A stretch of 64,000 nt of DNA, from assembly GCA_964016885.1 (NCBI GenBank), contig OZ024742.1, positions 225,742,001 to 225,806,000 on the forward strand. The letters run 5' to 3'. Positions 37,511 to 49,627 of the stretch are shown one piece after another. A model generated the notes under the pieces. That model had not been told where the DNA came from. It was given only the letters and a program-made list of their open reading frames with translations, and ran no database searches. The DNA comes from Eledone cirrhosa (Eukaryota). Both the position numbers and the translations under genes were made by a program. How positions within the stretch are numbered: the stretch's first letter is position 1; each line of letters opens with the position of its first letter.

Positions 37511-37614
37511 AACCGACCCAACTCCTTCTTCCAAGTTAACCCAAAAGATGGTGTGATTTTACCTGAAGAGAGGATGGTTCTAACATTGACTGCAAATATC
37601 AATGACATTATCAG
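37511..37614 (+). CDS. HYDIN: HYDIN coding exon 15
   Basis: ctgtag|NRPNSFFQVNPKDGVILPEERMVLTLTANINDII(S)|gtatgg; fills the expected gap and phases fit. Confidence 0.88.
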
Positions 37615-38347
37615 GTATGGGTTTATCTGTCTCATTTTCTTATTTAGATATTGCTTTACCTTACAACAGTGAAGGTGCTTGGTTTAGTGGTAAGGACCCT
37701 AGGCTTTCATGCATTTCAGGCCCCTACTCTGACTCTTCAACTTTTCACCCCACTTCAGTTTACAGTTCTGGGTCGTATTAACCCATGGTCAGACCCTTAG
37801 ACTTTCAGCTATTTTGGGCCACATATGGTACTTCAATCTTGTACCTAACTACAGTTAACAGCTTGTCCTTGTTACAGTATGTTTAATTATTACAACAAAT
37901 AATCAAATAGAACATTTTAACAATAAAATGCAGGGGCCTCTAGACTTCAGCCTAGTTAGTGTTATACATAATATGGCCTGTTTAGTGGTTAGAGTGTTCA
38001 TCTGTTGATCATACAGTTCCTGGCAGTGTAATCTCAAAACACATCCTATCACAATTAATATTTTTGAACATAAAATTTAATCAGTTGGGAAAGCCACTGT
38101 TTGTGAAGGCTTGTGGCTTAGTGGTTAGGGTGTTCAGCTCATAAACCATTCAGCTGTCATGAGGCCTGCAAGGTTAACCCCTGCTTTGGCAGGAAAATGG
38201 CTTTAAAATCCTTGCTGCTACTGCTAAATCTTAAATAATACAATACTAAAAAAAAAAAGTTCTATCCATTTTTCAACCAATGTTGTTATGTTCATTTTTG
38301 ATTTTTATTTTATTTTTTTTTTTCGCAACAATAATTACCTATTTCAG

Positions 38348-38482
38348 TTTTGAAGATAAAATCAACATGAAATTTGGAGACAATTCAGAAAGATTTGTGT
38401 TGTTGAAAGCATTTGGTGAGGGCAGCACCATTGTAGCTGATCCTCCCCTCTCATCTGTGTTGAATCTTGGCCCACATTTCAG
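38348..38482 (+). CDS. HYDIN: HYDIN coding exon 16
   Basis: FEDKINMKFGDNSERFVLLKAFGEGSTIVADPPLSSVLNLGPHF(S). Confidence 0.9.
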
Positions 38483-39043
38483 GTAACTCTTCTTTAATTA
38501 ATCATTTCCTTAACATATGTTGTTTTGAAATACACTGCCTACATTCTTCAAATAATTTTGAAAATAGTTAAGAATTTGGAGGTATTTAGCATCATTATAA
38601 TCATTGTTGTCATCATCATCATCACTAGCATCATCTATGAATTTCTTTGTGAATTTAACTCTTAACATCCTGTAACAATTTAACAGAAAATATTTAAAAA
38701 CATGTTTGTTAATTCAAATGTTTATAGTATTTTTACTAGTGGACAATTCGTTGCAAGAATTTACAGTATAAGAGTAAAGACTTAAATTTTTAATGTGATC
38801 CAGTCATTATGTTATTTTGTATTTTTCAAGAATGTCTTGCTAACATGGTGTCATGTCATTTTTTTAGTCAAAATAATTATAGTATTTTTACTGGTTTCCA
38901 ATTGTGGAAATTTGCAATATTAAAGACTTTAATTCTTAACATAATGCAGTCATAGTATAATTTTGTACAAAATGTATTGCTAATGGGGTTTCATGTGACA
39001 GAGGACATTAATATTTAATTAGCGCTTTGTGATTGTATTTCAG

Positions 39044-39170
39044 TAACAAAACTTTGAAAAAGAAGATAGTTTTCACTAACAAAGGTCGACGTCAACAACA
39101 GGTCAACTGGGTCATACAGACCAATACTACATATTTACCAAAAATTAATAAATCTGAATCAGGATCAAAG
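39044..39170 (+). CDS. HYDIN: HYDIN coding exon 17
   Basis: NKTLKKKIVFTNKGRRQQQVNWVIQ... (conserved NKGRR.QQ..W). Confidence 0.88.
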
Positions 39171-40540
39171 GTAAATTATAAGCAATTTATATAATAATAG
39201 CTGTACAGCACCCAGTACACTGTAAAGTGGTAGTGCTGGTGACATGACAAAATACACCCACCCCTCACTGTAAAGTGGTAGTGCTGGCACCAAGATAAAA
39301 TGTACTCAATACACTCAGTAAAATTGGTGCCAACATTCTGTAAAATTGTAGTGCTGGTGTCATGATAAAATGCACCCAGTACACTCTGTAAAGTAGTAGT
39401 ACTGGCACCAAGATAAAATGTACTCAATACACTCTGTAAAGTGGTTGGTATTCAAAATAATCAAGAATTGGAAGGGGTTTAGTAATATAACTAACTTTCC
39501 CATTATTAAGTTGGTATTTGAATATAAGATAACAAATGTCCTTACATCAAATTGTGATGGAAGGTTTTTCAGATAAGTAAAATCACTTTAATTTTTTAGT
39601 ATTTACATTACTCTATATTTATTATATTTTCATGGTAAAGGCTTTATCTCACATAATATCGAAGCTATGAGATTTTGATATTATTTATTTTGAGAACACT
39701 ACCTTAACGTAAGTAGGAGCAGCTGCTTACAGTTGGTTCAACAGAATGAGGTGAGAGAATTTTAGCTGGATATGGCCGGTTTAAATGCTAAAGGGTTAAA
39801 ATACATAGCTTTGTATTGGAGAACCAAGTGAGTTTTTAAAAAAATGGTGTCAAATCAATAAAATAAAGTACCAGTACTAACTGATACTGGGGTTGATTCT
39901 TTCTCTCTTTCTCTAGAAGAAATCAGCTGTGTTCAGAGCTGGAGAGGGATGGACTCTACTAGGTGTATATGTCTAAGCCATACTGTATGTCAGGATGTAA
40001 TGATATTTGGAACTACTTTATGTTGTGTCTAATACCCCCTGTGTAATAATACAACACGCTCCTCATCACCTTTAGACAAGACTGCTGATCTGTCAGTACA
40101 TGTAAATATTGCTCTCTGTAGTATAAATAAAATACTTATTACGCACAACTGTTTTGATCATCATTAGATAACATTACAGGATGGTACACTTATGATACCA
40201 TAGGGAGTTCAGGGTCACATCGATCAAAAGGTTTAATGAATCAGGTTGAGAGGACTCTTCAGTTGTTTTAAAGATATAACAAGCTCCCTAGTGCTAGTGC
40301 AACAATAAAATGCACCTGTTGCACTCTGTAGAGACGTTAGGAACGTTTGTAAGTGAGATGCAGGACTCCCTGCCTCTCTGAGAGGTTGGTGGCATTGATT
40401 AAGTACTGACTTGGTCTGTGACGACCTGTTCACCCCATGCTAGCAAGGTAAACAGACTTTAAATGATGATGATGATGAATCGTAATATTTTTTTCTGAAA
40501 GTAATCGTTGTTTATAATACTCTGGTTTTTCTTTGTGCAG

Positions 40541-40650
40541 GCTTCTCCTGTGCCAGAACCCAAACCTTCTGTCTTCGAAATAATTCCACACCGTTTCAAA
40601 TTGTTGCCTGGTGAAAGTATGGGTGTCTATTTGAAAGGCTTTGTAGAAAA
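40541..40650 (+). CDS. HYDIN: HYDIN coding exon 18
   Basis: ASPVPEPKPSVFEIIPHRFKLLPGESMGVYLKGFVE(K); tgcag|...|gtaagt. Confidence 0.87.
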
Positions 40651-41808
40651 GTAAGTGGATACTTTGAAATTCTTTTTCTTTTTAATGTGTATGTAAGCTT
40701 TCTCTATTAATTTAATATGAAGTGTTTTTCATTTGACGTCAAAGACATGATATCCTCTCTAATTCTGGTTCCATGATAAAATGCAATCTAAACACTATAA
40801 AGTGGTAGTGCTGGTGCCATGATAAAATGCACCCAGAACACACTGTGGCAGTGCTAGTGTCATAATAGAATACACCCAGCCCACACTGTAAAGTGGTAGT
40901 GCTGTTACCACAATAAAATGCACCCAGTACACTCTTTAAAATAGTTGGTCTTAGAAGTGGCATCTAATTGTAGAAACCATGCCAAACAGGCATTACAATT
41001 TCTCTAGTGTTGGTGACATGATAAAGTACACCCAGTACACTCTAAAAACGGTTGACTTTAGGAAGGGCATCTGGCCATAGAAACCATGCCAAAAATAGAA
41101 CATACTGTATTTAACAAGACACATTCCTCGACCCATCTTTTTCTGTTACAACCAATCCAAACCATGCCAGCATGAAGACATGGACATTAGATGATGATGA
41201 TGATGATGATGATGGTGGGTCTTATGCTATAGTAGAAGACACTTGCCCAAGGTACCACAGCAGAACTGAGCCCAAAACCTTATGGTTACAAAGAAAACCT
41301 TTTTCTTCTTTTTAACTCATTTTAATTGTCATTGTCCACTTGTTATGTCCAATAAAGTTAATATATTTAAAAAATATTTGTTAGGTCTAATAAATTTACT
41401 ATATATAACTGACAATATTTTAAACACGTATCTAACAAAGTATATATAACTAACCACAGCAATACCTTTGCAAATTTGTCCATGGAATGCAGCTGAGATA
41501 TACTGCCTAGACTTGGGTGTAGAGTCTGCCACTCCCCCCCATTTGTTTCTTTATATGCAAATATTATATAATCCAATTCCCTTTATGTTCTGAGTTCAAA
41601 TCCCACTGAGGTTAGCTTTGCCTTTCATCTTTATGGAGTTGATAAAGTAAAGCACTGGTAATGCACTGGGGGCGATTTAACTGACATTCCCCTTCCCTAA
41701 AATTGTTGGCCTTGTGCCTACATAAGAAAACATAATTCAATTAAAATGTGTTGAACAAAATTGAACTGCTTTATTAAAAAAATATTTAAACTTGTTATTT
41801 ATTGACAG

Positions 41809-41959
41809 GCCTGCAGATATAAATGAGATATTACACTGTTACTCAATCCTTGGGAAACACGGAGGTAAAAAGTTGGTAATCAACGTCAATGTAAAGGCAC
41901 AGTTTATTGATCCCTTACTAAATTTCTCAAAAGAAAGTATTTTCTTCAGAACAGACAAG
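41809..41959 (+). CDS. HYDIN: HYDIN coding exon 19
   Basis: PADINEILHCYSILGKHGGKKLVINVNVKAQFIDPLLNFSKESIFFRTDK. Confidence 0.88.
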
Positions 41960-42171
41960 GTACAACATAACCTTAATTTACTTTTATGGCACACATCTTT
42001 TACATTTCTCATATATTAGTGGACATGTGCTGTCAATAATGACACTAATAGTGTTGGATGTATTTAATTATTGGAATCCAGGATTGGTATATTTAGAACT
42101 AATGGACCTGTGCTACCAATATTGATGGCAATAGTGTTGAATGTATTTAATTTTTGGAGTCCAGGATTAGT

Positions 42172-42213
<42 letters not shown>

Positions 42214-43053
42214 AAGATCACTAGATATATGAACAACCATGCTACTGGAAATTTTGTGTTTTGATAAATTAATAGTTTTCATAAGAGAAACCCTATAGTT
42301 TATATTGATTACTGACTTGTAAAAATGATTAAAGATAAAATTATATTTTATATCTTGTACTTTTGTTTGCTCTTGTATCCCTTGATAAGTTTTCCTGTTC
42401 TTTTTAATGATTCCTAACATATTGACCTCTTAGACATGCTGAGGCCCCTGCATTTTGCTTATTTGCATTTCAAAGACTTATTTGCTTTACAAAGACTACT
42501 GGGTGTTTTACTATGGCATTAGCTCTTGGGAGGTTGACATGCTCATCACACAACTGAAGTTTTCTATGGCTGGATGCTCTTCCTAATACTTTGTGTTATA
42601 TATATATGTGTATGTGTGTGTGTGTATGTATGTCATCATTTATACATCTTTCCATGCTTGCATTTATTGGTCTAGCTGTCTCCAACACAGCTCTCCTCCG
42701 ATTGCTGCATTCTTTCATCCAAGCTTTCACCATTTCAGCAGCATAGAGTTGTCAAGGGTATAGCAACCACCTTAGTGCTCGTGACATGATAAATTGTACC
42801 CAGTACACTCAGTGTAGGAATATACATTAACAAAATGTGGCCTCCAACCCATCTATGAGTATGGTAGCAGCTATTAAATACTGACTTGGTCTGTAATGAT
42901 CCATCCAACCTATGGTGGCATGGTAAAGCAGTCTTTATACAACAATAACAATGATCATGATCATATGTTTGAAAGTATTAAGTGAAATTATTTTTGACAT
43001 TTTATTTGAGGGAAAATTGTTTACAGATCAAATTATTTGAAATATATTTTCAG

Positions 43054-43188
43054 ACTCCAGATATGAAGCTGGACCTTCTATATGAAGACCTTGTGTTGAC
43101 CAACACTGCCATACTGCCTTTGACAGTTAACTTAAGTATACCAGACCCGTTCAAGATTGTCTACAATGATGACATTCTATCAGACGTT
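43054..43188 (+). CDS. HYDIN: HYDIN coding exon 20
   Basis: TPDMKLDLLYEDLVLTNTAILPLTVNLSIPDPFKIVYNDDILSDV|gtaagt. Confidence 0.86.
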
Positions 43189-43339
43189 GTAAGTTGGGAA
43201 ATGAAGTTTATTTTATTTTATACATATCATATCTAAGATCTGGCTTACTCTACATATATATACAGGGTCTATTTGTGATATTTTCTCTATGTATTATCAT
43301 CACAATATATTTTATTGATATTAAATTATTATTATTGGT

Positions 43340-43828
43340 CTGTGATAATTGCTGGCCTTGTGCCAAAAGTAGAAACAATTATTATTGGTGGATTGGCAGT
43401 ATCGGTAGAGTGTCGGACACCATGCTTTTCAGAATAGAGTTATGGCCCCTTACAGTCAGTTCAAATCCCGCCGAGGTTGACTTTGCCTTTCATCCTTACG
43501 GGGTTGATAAAATAAAGTACCAGTAGTGCACTGGGGTCGATTAAATCAACTTTCCCCTCTCCCCAAATTGCTGGTCTTGTGCCTATAATAGAAATTATTA
43601 TTATTTTCTCTTAAGGGTAGTGGATTGGTGGCATGGGTAGAGTGTCAGACAACATGCTTCATGGCATATAGCTACGTCCCCTTTCATCAAATCCTGCTGT
43701 GGTTAGCTTTTCCTTTCATCTTTATGGGGTCGATAAAATAAAGCACCAGTAATGCACTGGGGTCAATTTAATTGACTTTCCTCTCCTCCAAAATTTTTGG
43801 CTTTGTGTCTAAATTAGAAACCATTATT
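43340..43828 (+). mobile_element. Tandem Meta-domain-type SINEs filling most of a short intron
   Basis: Tail remnant plus copies at 43388-43602 and 43615-43828. Confidence 0.8.
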
Positions 43829-43841
43829 TTCTATTGAGCAG

Positions 43842-43970
43842 AAAACCCAAATAGATGTTGGCAAAAGTTGTCCATTGAAGATCCAGTTTAACCCATGTTA
43901 TAAAGAAGATTTATTCACCAGAATTATTGAACAACAACTAACCATTAGCTACGATGAACATCCCCACATC
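43842..43970 (+). CDS. HYDIN: HYDIN coding exon 21
   Basis: KTQIDVGKSCPLKIQFNPCYKEDLFTRIIEQQLTISYDEHPHI; GAGCAG tandem acceptor. Confidence 0.88.
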
Positions 43971-44858
43971 GTAAGGATTTTTTTATCTTATGTTTAATGT
44001 TGACAGTTTTGTTGTTTTAATTAATGATTTCATTTGTCATGTTATATGTTGTGAGGCATGGACACATATAAGTTTGAAAACCAGATAGATAGAATGTACT
44101 CTCATATATTACAGATGGTTGTTTAACACTACTTAAAAGAGCCACACCACCAATATTGACCTGAAGACTGTCAGAAATATGGTATTAATTGTTTCCCTGA
44201 TTTGATCAGATGATCAGCTCAGATGAGATGAGATGGAATTGATTGGATGAGAGTAAAGCTGGTGGCTGGATATTTAACACCCTAGGTTAGCCTTACAATG
44301 TCACTCCACCTTCTACCAGATATGCATCCCAATCTACCAACTAAAATAGTTACAACCTACAGTTTTGTAAGCTGACAAACCTAATTTTTGACAGTAATTG
44401 CTCCTACCACACTAAGAAAATTACTAAGTTTGTATTTTCCATTACACAGTCCACACCCACCTAAGCCATCAGATAATAGTTCATAACATCATATGCCTAC
44501 CACTTGATGTTTACTGATTTAGTTATTGATTGCAGGAAATTATTATATATTTAATTTAATTATACAAATTTGTATGAAACTGTAATCCTTAAGGCCTGTA
44601 CCCTAGATGGCTGCCTAGTTGGCCTTAATGGTGGTGTTGGTTCTGAGTGAGAAGAGTGATGGAAAGAAAAGAAGAACATAGCTGAAGGAGATGGAAATGA
44701 AAGCTATGGTGTTGGTGTGGGGGGAATGCAAATGATAGGGTAAAATGAAGATGTTTGTCATGAGGGCTCTCTTTATCAAGGAAAATGGTCTCAAAACATT
44801 TGTCATTGTTGTTTTACAGTACAGCTAATTACTCTAGTCTAGTTGTATAAATAACATT

Positions 44859-45885
44859 ACCAGATAGAAAAATGCGTACAGCAAAAAAAAGTAATATTGT
44901 TGGAATATAAACCTTTAAAAATACAGGACAAGAAACTAAAATAAAACTTTAAAAGAATAGGACAAGAAACTAAGATAAAACTTTAAAGAATTGGACAAGA
45001 AATAAAAAATTTCACAATAATATTAGTGGCAAAATTTTTATTGGTAAAAAATCGAGTTCCACATTCATAGGCTCTGGGTTCCACATTCAGAGGTCGCCGT
45101 CAGACCGGGGGGATCATTTGATCCTGGTTTGAACACCAATTGGGCCATAACCATACCCCTATTTCATCATTCGGCGACACGCCTCATGTGTCATGCATAA
45201 TGTGAATGGACCCATGGGCCCATGAGCACAGATCTTGAGCAGCAGCGGACGGTCTTGTCGTCCCGCTCATCCTTGATCTTGACCAACCCGTCCATCTTCT
45301 CCTTGCATCTTGTCCTTGAGTTCAAGTCCGGCAGTCCAGATGAATGCGTGCCACAGCTTTCTGGTACAGGAAGGGGGAGCAGTAGGACTGGAGGGATGAC
45401 GGGACAGAGGAAGGGAGGACCGGTGGTTGAGGGAGGTGTCGTAGTCGGTGGTCAGAGTCGACATCTTGTCCCGGTCGTCTTCTCCATCTTCGTCTGGTGT
45501 TGCGGGACCAGAAGTGCATTCTTGGAGGAGACCTGCAGCTGCATTGGCCAATTCTTCTTGCAATGGTCATTCTGACGGAGCAGAACTGCTCAGCCAACCA
45601 ACCCCAACCAGAACCAACCGCTCAGGGGCAACGCACAATGAGAGCATGACAATTATTATGCACTAATCAAGAAGATACTGGGGCATAGCACAGGAAACGA
45701 ATAAGAAAATTTTGCCACTAATATTATTGTGAAATTTTTTATTTCTTGTCCAATTCTTTAAAGTTTTATCTTAGTTTCTTGTCCTATTCTTTTAAAGTTT
45801 TATTTTAGTTTCTTGTCCTGTATTTTTAAAGGTTTATATTCCAACAATATTACTTTTATTTGGTGTATGCATTTTTCTATCTGGT
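44859..45885. mobile_element. Foldback-like element: ~180-bp TIRs with internal subrepeats around a GC-rich core
   Basis: 44859-45038 is the near-perfect reverse complement of 45706-45885; each arm has three GGACAAGAAA-containing subrepeats. Confidence 0.85.
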
Positions 45886-46199
45886 CTACTATTTTTTAAG
45901 GCAATGCAAGCAACAACTATCTAATAATTAAATGATCATAGTGAATTACTGACAAATGATTGACATTTTAAAGTTCTTTTGAGTATAATTGCAATCTAGT
46001 TGAGGCAACTGGCTTAATGACAAAGCTACGTCATTTCTGGATTACCTCCCCTAGCGTCACGCTTACTACTCACTCACTTGAACACAAGATTTATCAGCAA
46101 ACTTTGATTATAAACTTTTTCCCGCTGGACCAAATTTCTAGATTTTTAAGCCAAAAGATGCGTAATGATCTACTGTTCATGCTCATATAAGTTTTATCT

Positions 46200-46662
46200 C
46201 AGTTAAATAAAGTAGAGCCGCGCTGTACTGTCGTAAACAGACGATTGCCAACGAAAACACGACCACAACAATATTACTAAACGGACTACCGTCCGTTTAG
46301 GATAAATTGCTTGCAATTCGTTCAGAAGAACATTAGACATGTAATAAGCACAAATATAAACACATAAAAGAGAGAAAAAAAAAGAAAAAAAGTGAAGAGA
46401 AACAAAAACAAAAACGAGAACGACCAACAATTCAACACTAAGTGTGACAATTGTCCACACATCATGAGGGTCAATGGAACACTTTGAGGCAAGCCAACAT
46501 ACTCGCAACATTACCATGGGGGAAGGCGCTGAAACAACCAGGCACTCTCACGGACATCACCTGACACCTCAGTAAGGCGAGCTGCCAACAATGACAAGTA
46601 CTTCACTGTCAGCGGCCCAACTCCACCAAATGTCTCAAACACCACATGCTGGAAAAAATAAC
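46200..46662 (-). mobile_element. CRE-clade retrotransposon 3' fragment
   Basis: Minus strand encodes YFFQHVVFETFGGVGPLTVKYLSLLAARLTEVSGDVRESAWLFQRL...GNVASMLACLK; left boundary approximate. Confidence 0.72.
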
Positions 46663-47525
46663 TATTAGTCTATATAAATAAAATGGACAGTTATGATTAA
46701 GTTATTGTTTGGAACATAACTTAGCAATAGTTCTTACATACAATTATGATGGAAAGTTTTTAAATAAATATAAACACTTTAATTTTTTTGTTACCATATT
46801 TCTATGATAAAAAAACACTGCCTATTGTTTACAAACCATTTTAAAATTAATCAAGAATTTGGATGGATTTTGTAATATAACAAACATAACTTAACAAAGG
46901 TTGTTACATAAAATTATGGTATTTTTATTTCGATAAAAGCAAACAAAAAAACATAACCGAGAAACGTACTATGTGTGAGAGAGGCCTAATGTCCTATGAA
47001 AAAACGTCGGCCATAAATAAAAATAAAGCTATTTGTAAATCATGAAAACTACTTTAAAATAAACAGTTTAGTATAGTAGAACCATGAGCAGTTTCTGAGG
47101 GATTGGAATCAAAAGGGTTAACTCTTTCCTGACCATATTTCTAATGAAATACTGTATATTTCAAATCAATAATGAAGAATTTTGAAAGATGTATTTAAAT
47201 TATTATTTAATTAATATGATAGTAACTTAGTATGTGGTTCTTATATAACATAATGCAGGAACATTTTTAATTAAATACTAACTCTTTAAAATGGGTGGTT
47301 TTGCTTCATAGAACCAGAGCTGTTTTTGGATAGGTTTGTATCAAAAGGGTTAAATATGAGCCCTTTAAAATAAGTGGTTTTGTTTCACAGGACTAGAGCT
47401 GATTTTTGGTTTGGCTGGCATCAAAGGGGTTAAATGGGAACCCTTTAAAAGGAACAATTTTGTTTCACACTAGTTGAGCCAGTTTTGGTCAGGGTTAATA
47501 GATGAAATTGTATTTCTGTTTTTAG

Positions 47526-47846
47526 GATTCTGTGGTTTTACATGGAGAAGTCTACTTTCCGAACTTGACATTTGACCAGACAGAACTTGACTTTGGTTGT
47601 ATCATGAACAATAGCTGTGAAACAAAAGTAATAAATATTATGAATAAAAGTCCTTTGGTTGTGAAATATCAGTGGAAGCTATTTACGGTGGAGTACAACA
47701 ATAAACAACTCATAGAAGATACCTATAGAAGTCATCAATCAAGTTCAACTGGTTTTGTAGAGTCCAAGATATCTGCAATGGCTCTATGGGATGAGAAGGA
47801 GAATGGACTAGACTGTCTCACCAGTGCAGATGTTGGTTCAACAAAT
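47526..47846 (+). CDS. HYDIN: HYDIN coding exon 22
   Basis: DSVVLHGEVYFPNLTFDQTELDFGCIMNNSCETKVINIMNKSPLVVKYQW...; 3' end at AAT|gtatgt. Confidence 0.92.
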
Positions 47847-47911
47847 GTATGTTGACTTTTTACTTTTCCTACTTGTTTATTCAACCTTTCATGTAAGTGA
47901 AATTAATTTAA

Positions 47912-48152
47912 CCCATTAGCATTTACATTACTCTATATATACTATTGCATTTTTGAGGTATTATTTCATATGGATAATTGCTGGCCTTGTGCCAAAAGTA
48001 GAAACAATTATTTCATATAATATCAAATCTATGAGATTTTGATATTATTTATTTGGAGAACAATACCTTAACATCAGTATGAGCAGCTGATTACACTGCA
48101 GAAAAAGGTGAGAGAATTCTGGCTGGATACAGCCAGTTTAAATGCTAACGGG
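47912..48152. mobile_element. piggyBac-type MITE
   Basis: TTAA|CCCATTAGCATTTA ... TAAATGCTAACGGG|TTAA; related copies near 39590-39797 and starting at ~63980. Confidence 0.78.
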
Positions 48153-49571
48153 TTAATAAACAAAAATACATGTCATCATCGTTGACATCGTCATTGTTGT
48201 CATCGCCATCATCATCATCTTCATCAACACCACCACCACCACTACCACCACCTACCCTATGATTACATTCTAGCATTCTTTCATCATCTCCTCTGTGAAG
48301 CTCAGTGTTTCAGGATCAGGTGTTTCTCAGTCTTCCTCTACTGCAGCTTCTTTCCATTGACATCACCTGGCACTGCAGGCTGCTGGCCAGTTTGATGGTT
48401 GAACAGGCTTTGTTTAGGTCAAGTTTTCTAGACCCTTCCCATACAGTATCGGTGAGCAGTGTGTCCCCAAAAAGCGCTGTTCAGATGCTCAATACTCTGC
48501 TGAAACCTCTGGCTATTCAGGTTAACAGTGCAACAATGTTAGGATAAGACTTGAGCCGCCCACATATAGATTTATGACTATGTTCTTCTAAGTGGTTGAA
48601 TCTGTACACGTTGCCCCTCTTGCACTGCTGTGGGACTTGTGAAGAAATATCTGCACATAAAGATGGAAATGCTACATGCTAGTGCTACACACATAGCATC
48701 CACTCCATCCTCGCAGCTATGTGTCCAGTGACAAGCCAAAGCAAGATAACAGGACAGTTAGGAGGATCACATGGAGTTTAACCTCTCCAGTGGGTGTAGC
48801 TGTACTCACCACTCTTGGCCAATTGCAGTTTGGGGAGGCTATTTAAACCATAGTTGGGGTGGATGGTCCTTTGACTCTGTGCAGTTCACCTACCCTTTGA
48901 AAAGTCTTGTTTTTGTGCTGCTGGGTTTTCACTTACTCTCCTCACCAGACCAGGGTCTGGTGGGGGAAGCCGGTTTAATCACCAACTACCTGACCATGAA
49001 GCAGGTTGTACTGAGCTACATGGTACCAGTAACAGGCAGAGATCTGACCAGACACATATATTTCAAAGTGTCTCAAAAGTCACGATTTTGAATAGCAATA
49101 ATTACACCAAACTAGATAGTAACTTTAGAGACATCCTTATCATCATCATCATCACTATCTCTGTTTAACGTCCATTTTTCCATGCTAGCATGGGTTAGAT
49201 GAGTTATCTTGTGAGCAATGCCAGGTCAGGTGACAATGTCTTGCTCGTACAGAGCCTATTTTGGCTTGGTTTCTAAAGCTGGATGCCCTTCCTAGTGCCA
49301 ACCTCATAGTGAATGCTGGGTGCTTTTTGTTGTGATGCCTACACAACCACTTTACAGTGTGGACAGGGTACTTTTTCCATGACACATGACCACTTTACAG
49401 TGTGGGCTGGGCACATTTTGCCATGTTGCTATCATGACCACTTTACAGTGTAGGCTGGAAGCTTCACTGGATGTATGCTTCAGCCTGTCCTCATGGGAGT
49501 GAGTGGGTGGGCTGATGAATAATATTTATATGCTTCAGTCTCGGCCTGTGCCCATGGGAAGTCTGGTCTTC

Positions 49572-49623
<52 letters not shown>

Positions 49624-49627
<4 letters not shown>

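Noticed and set aside
37096-37635. 179-aa ORF as a single LINE protein
   Set aside because: Its N-terminal ~50 aa are the antisense reading of HYDIN exon 15 and nearby intron; only the part below ~37480 is CR1.
45120-45355. Harbinger transposase motifs (LWHAF, PGSND) in the foldback core
   Set aside because: The short matches are in different frames and too far apart, with no DDE context; probably chance.
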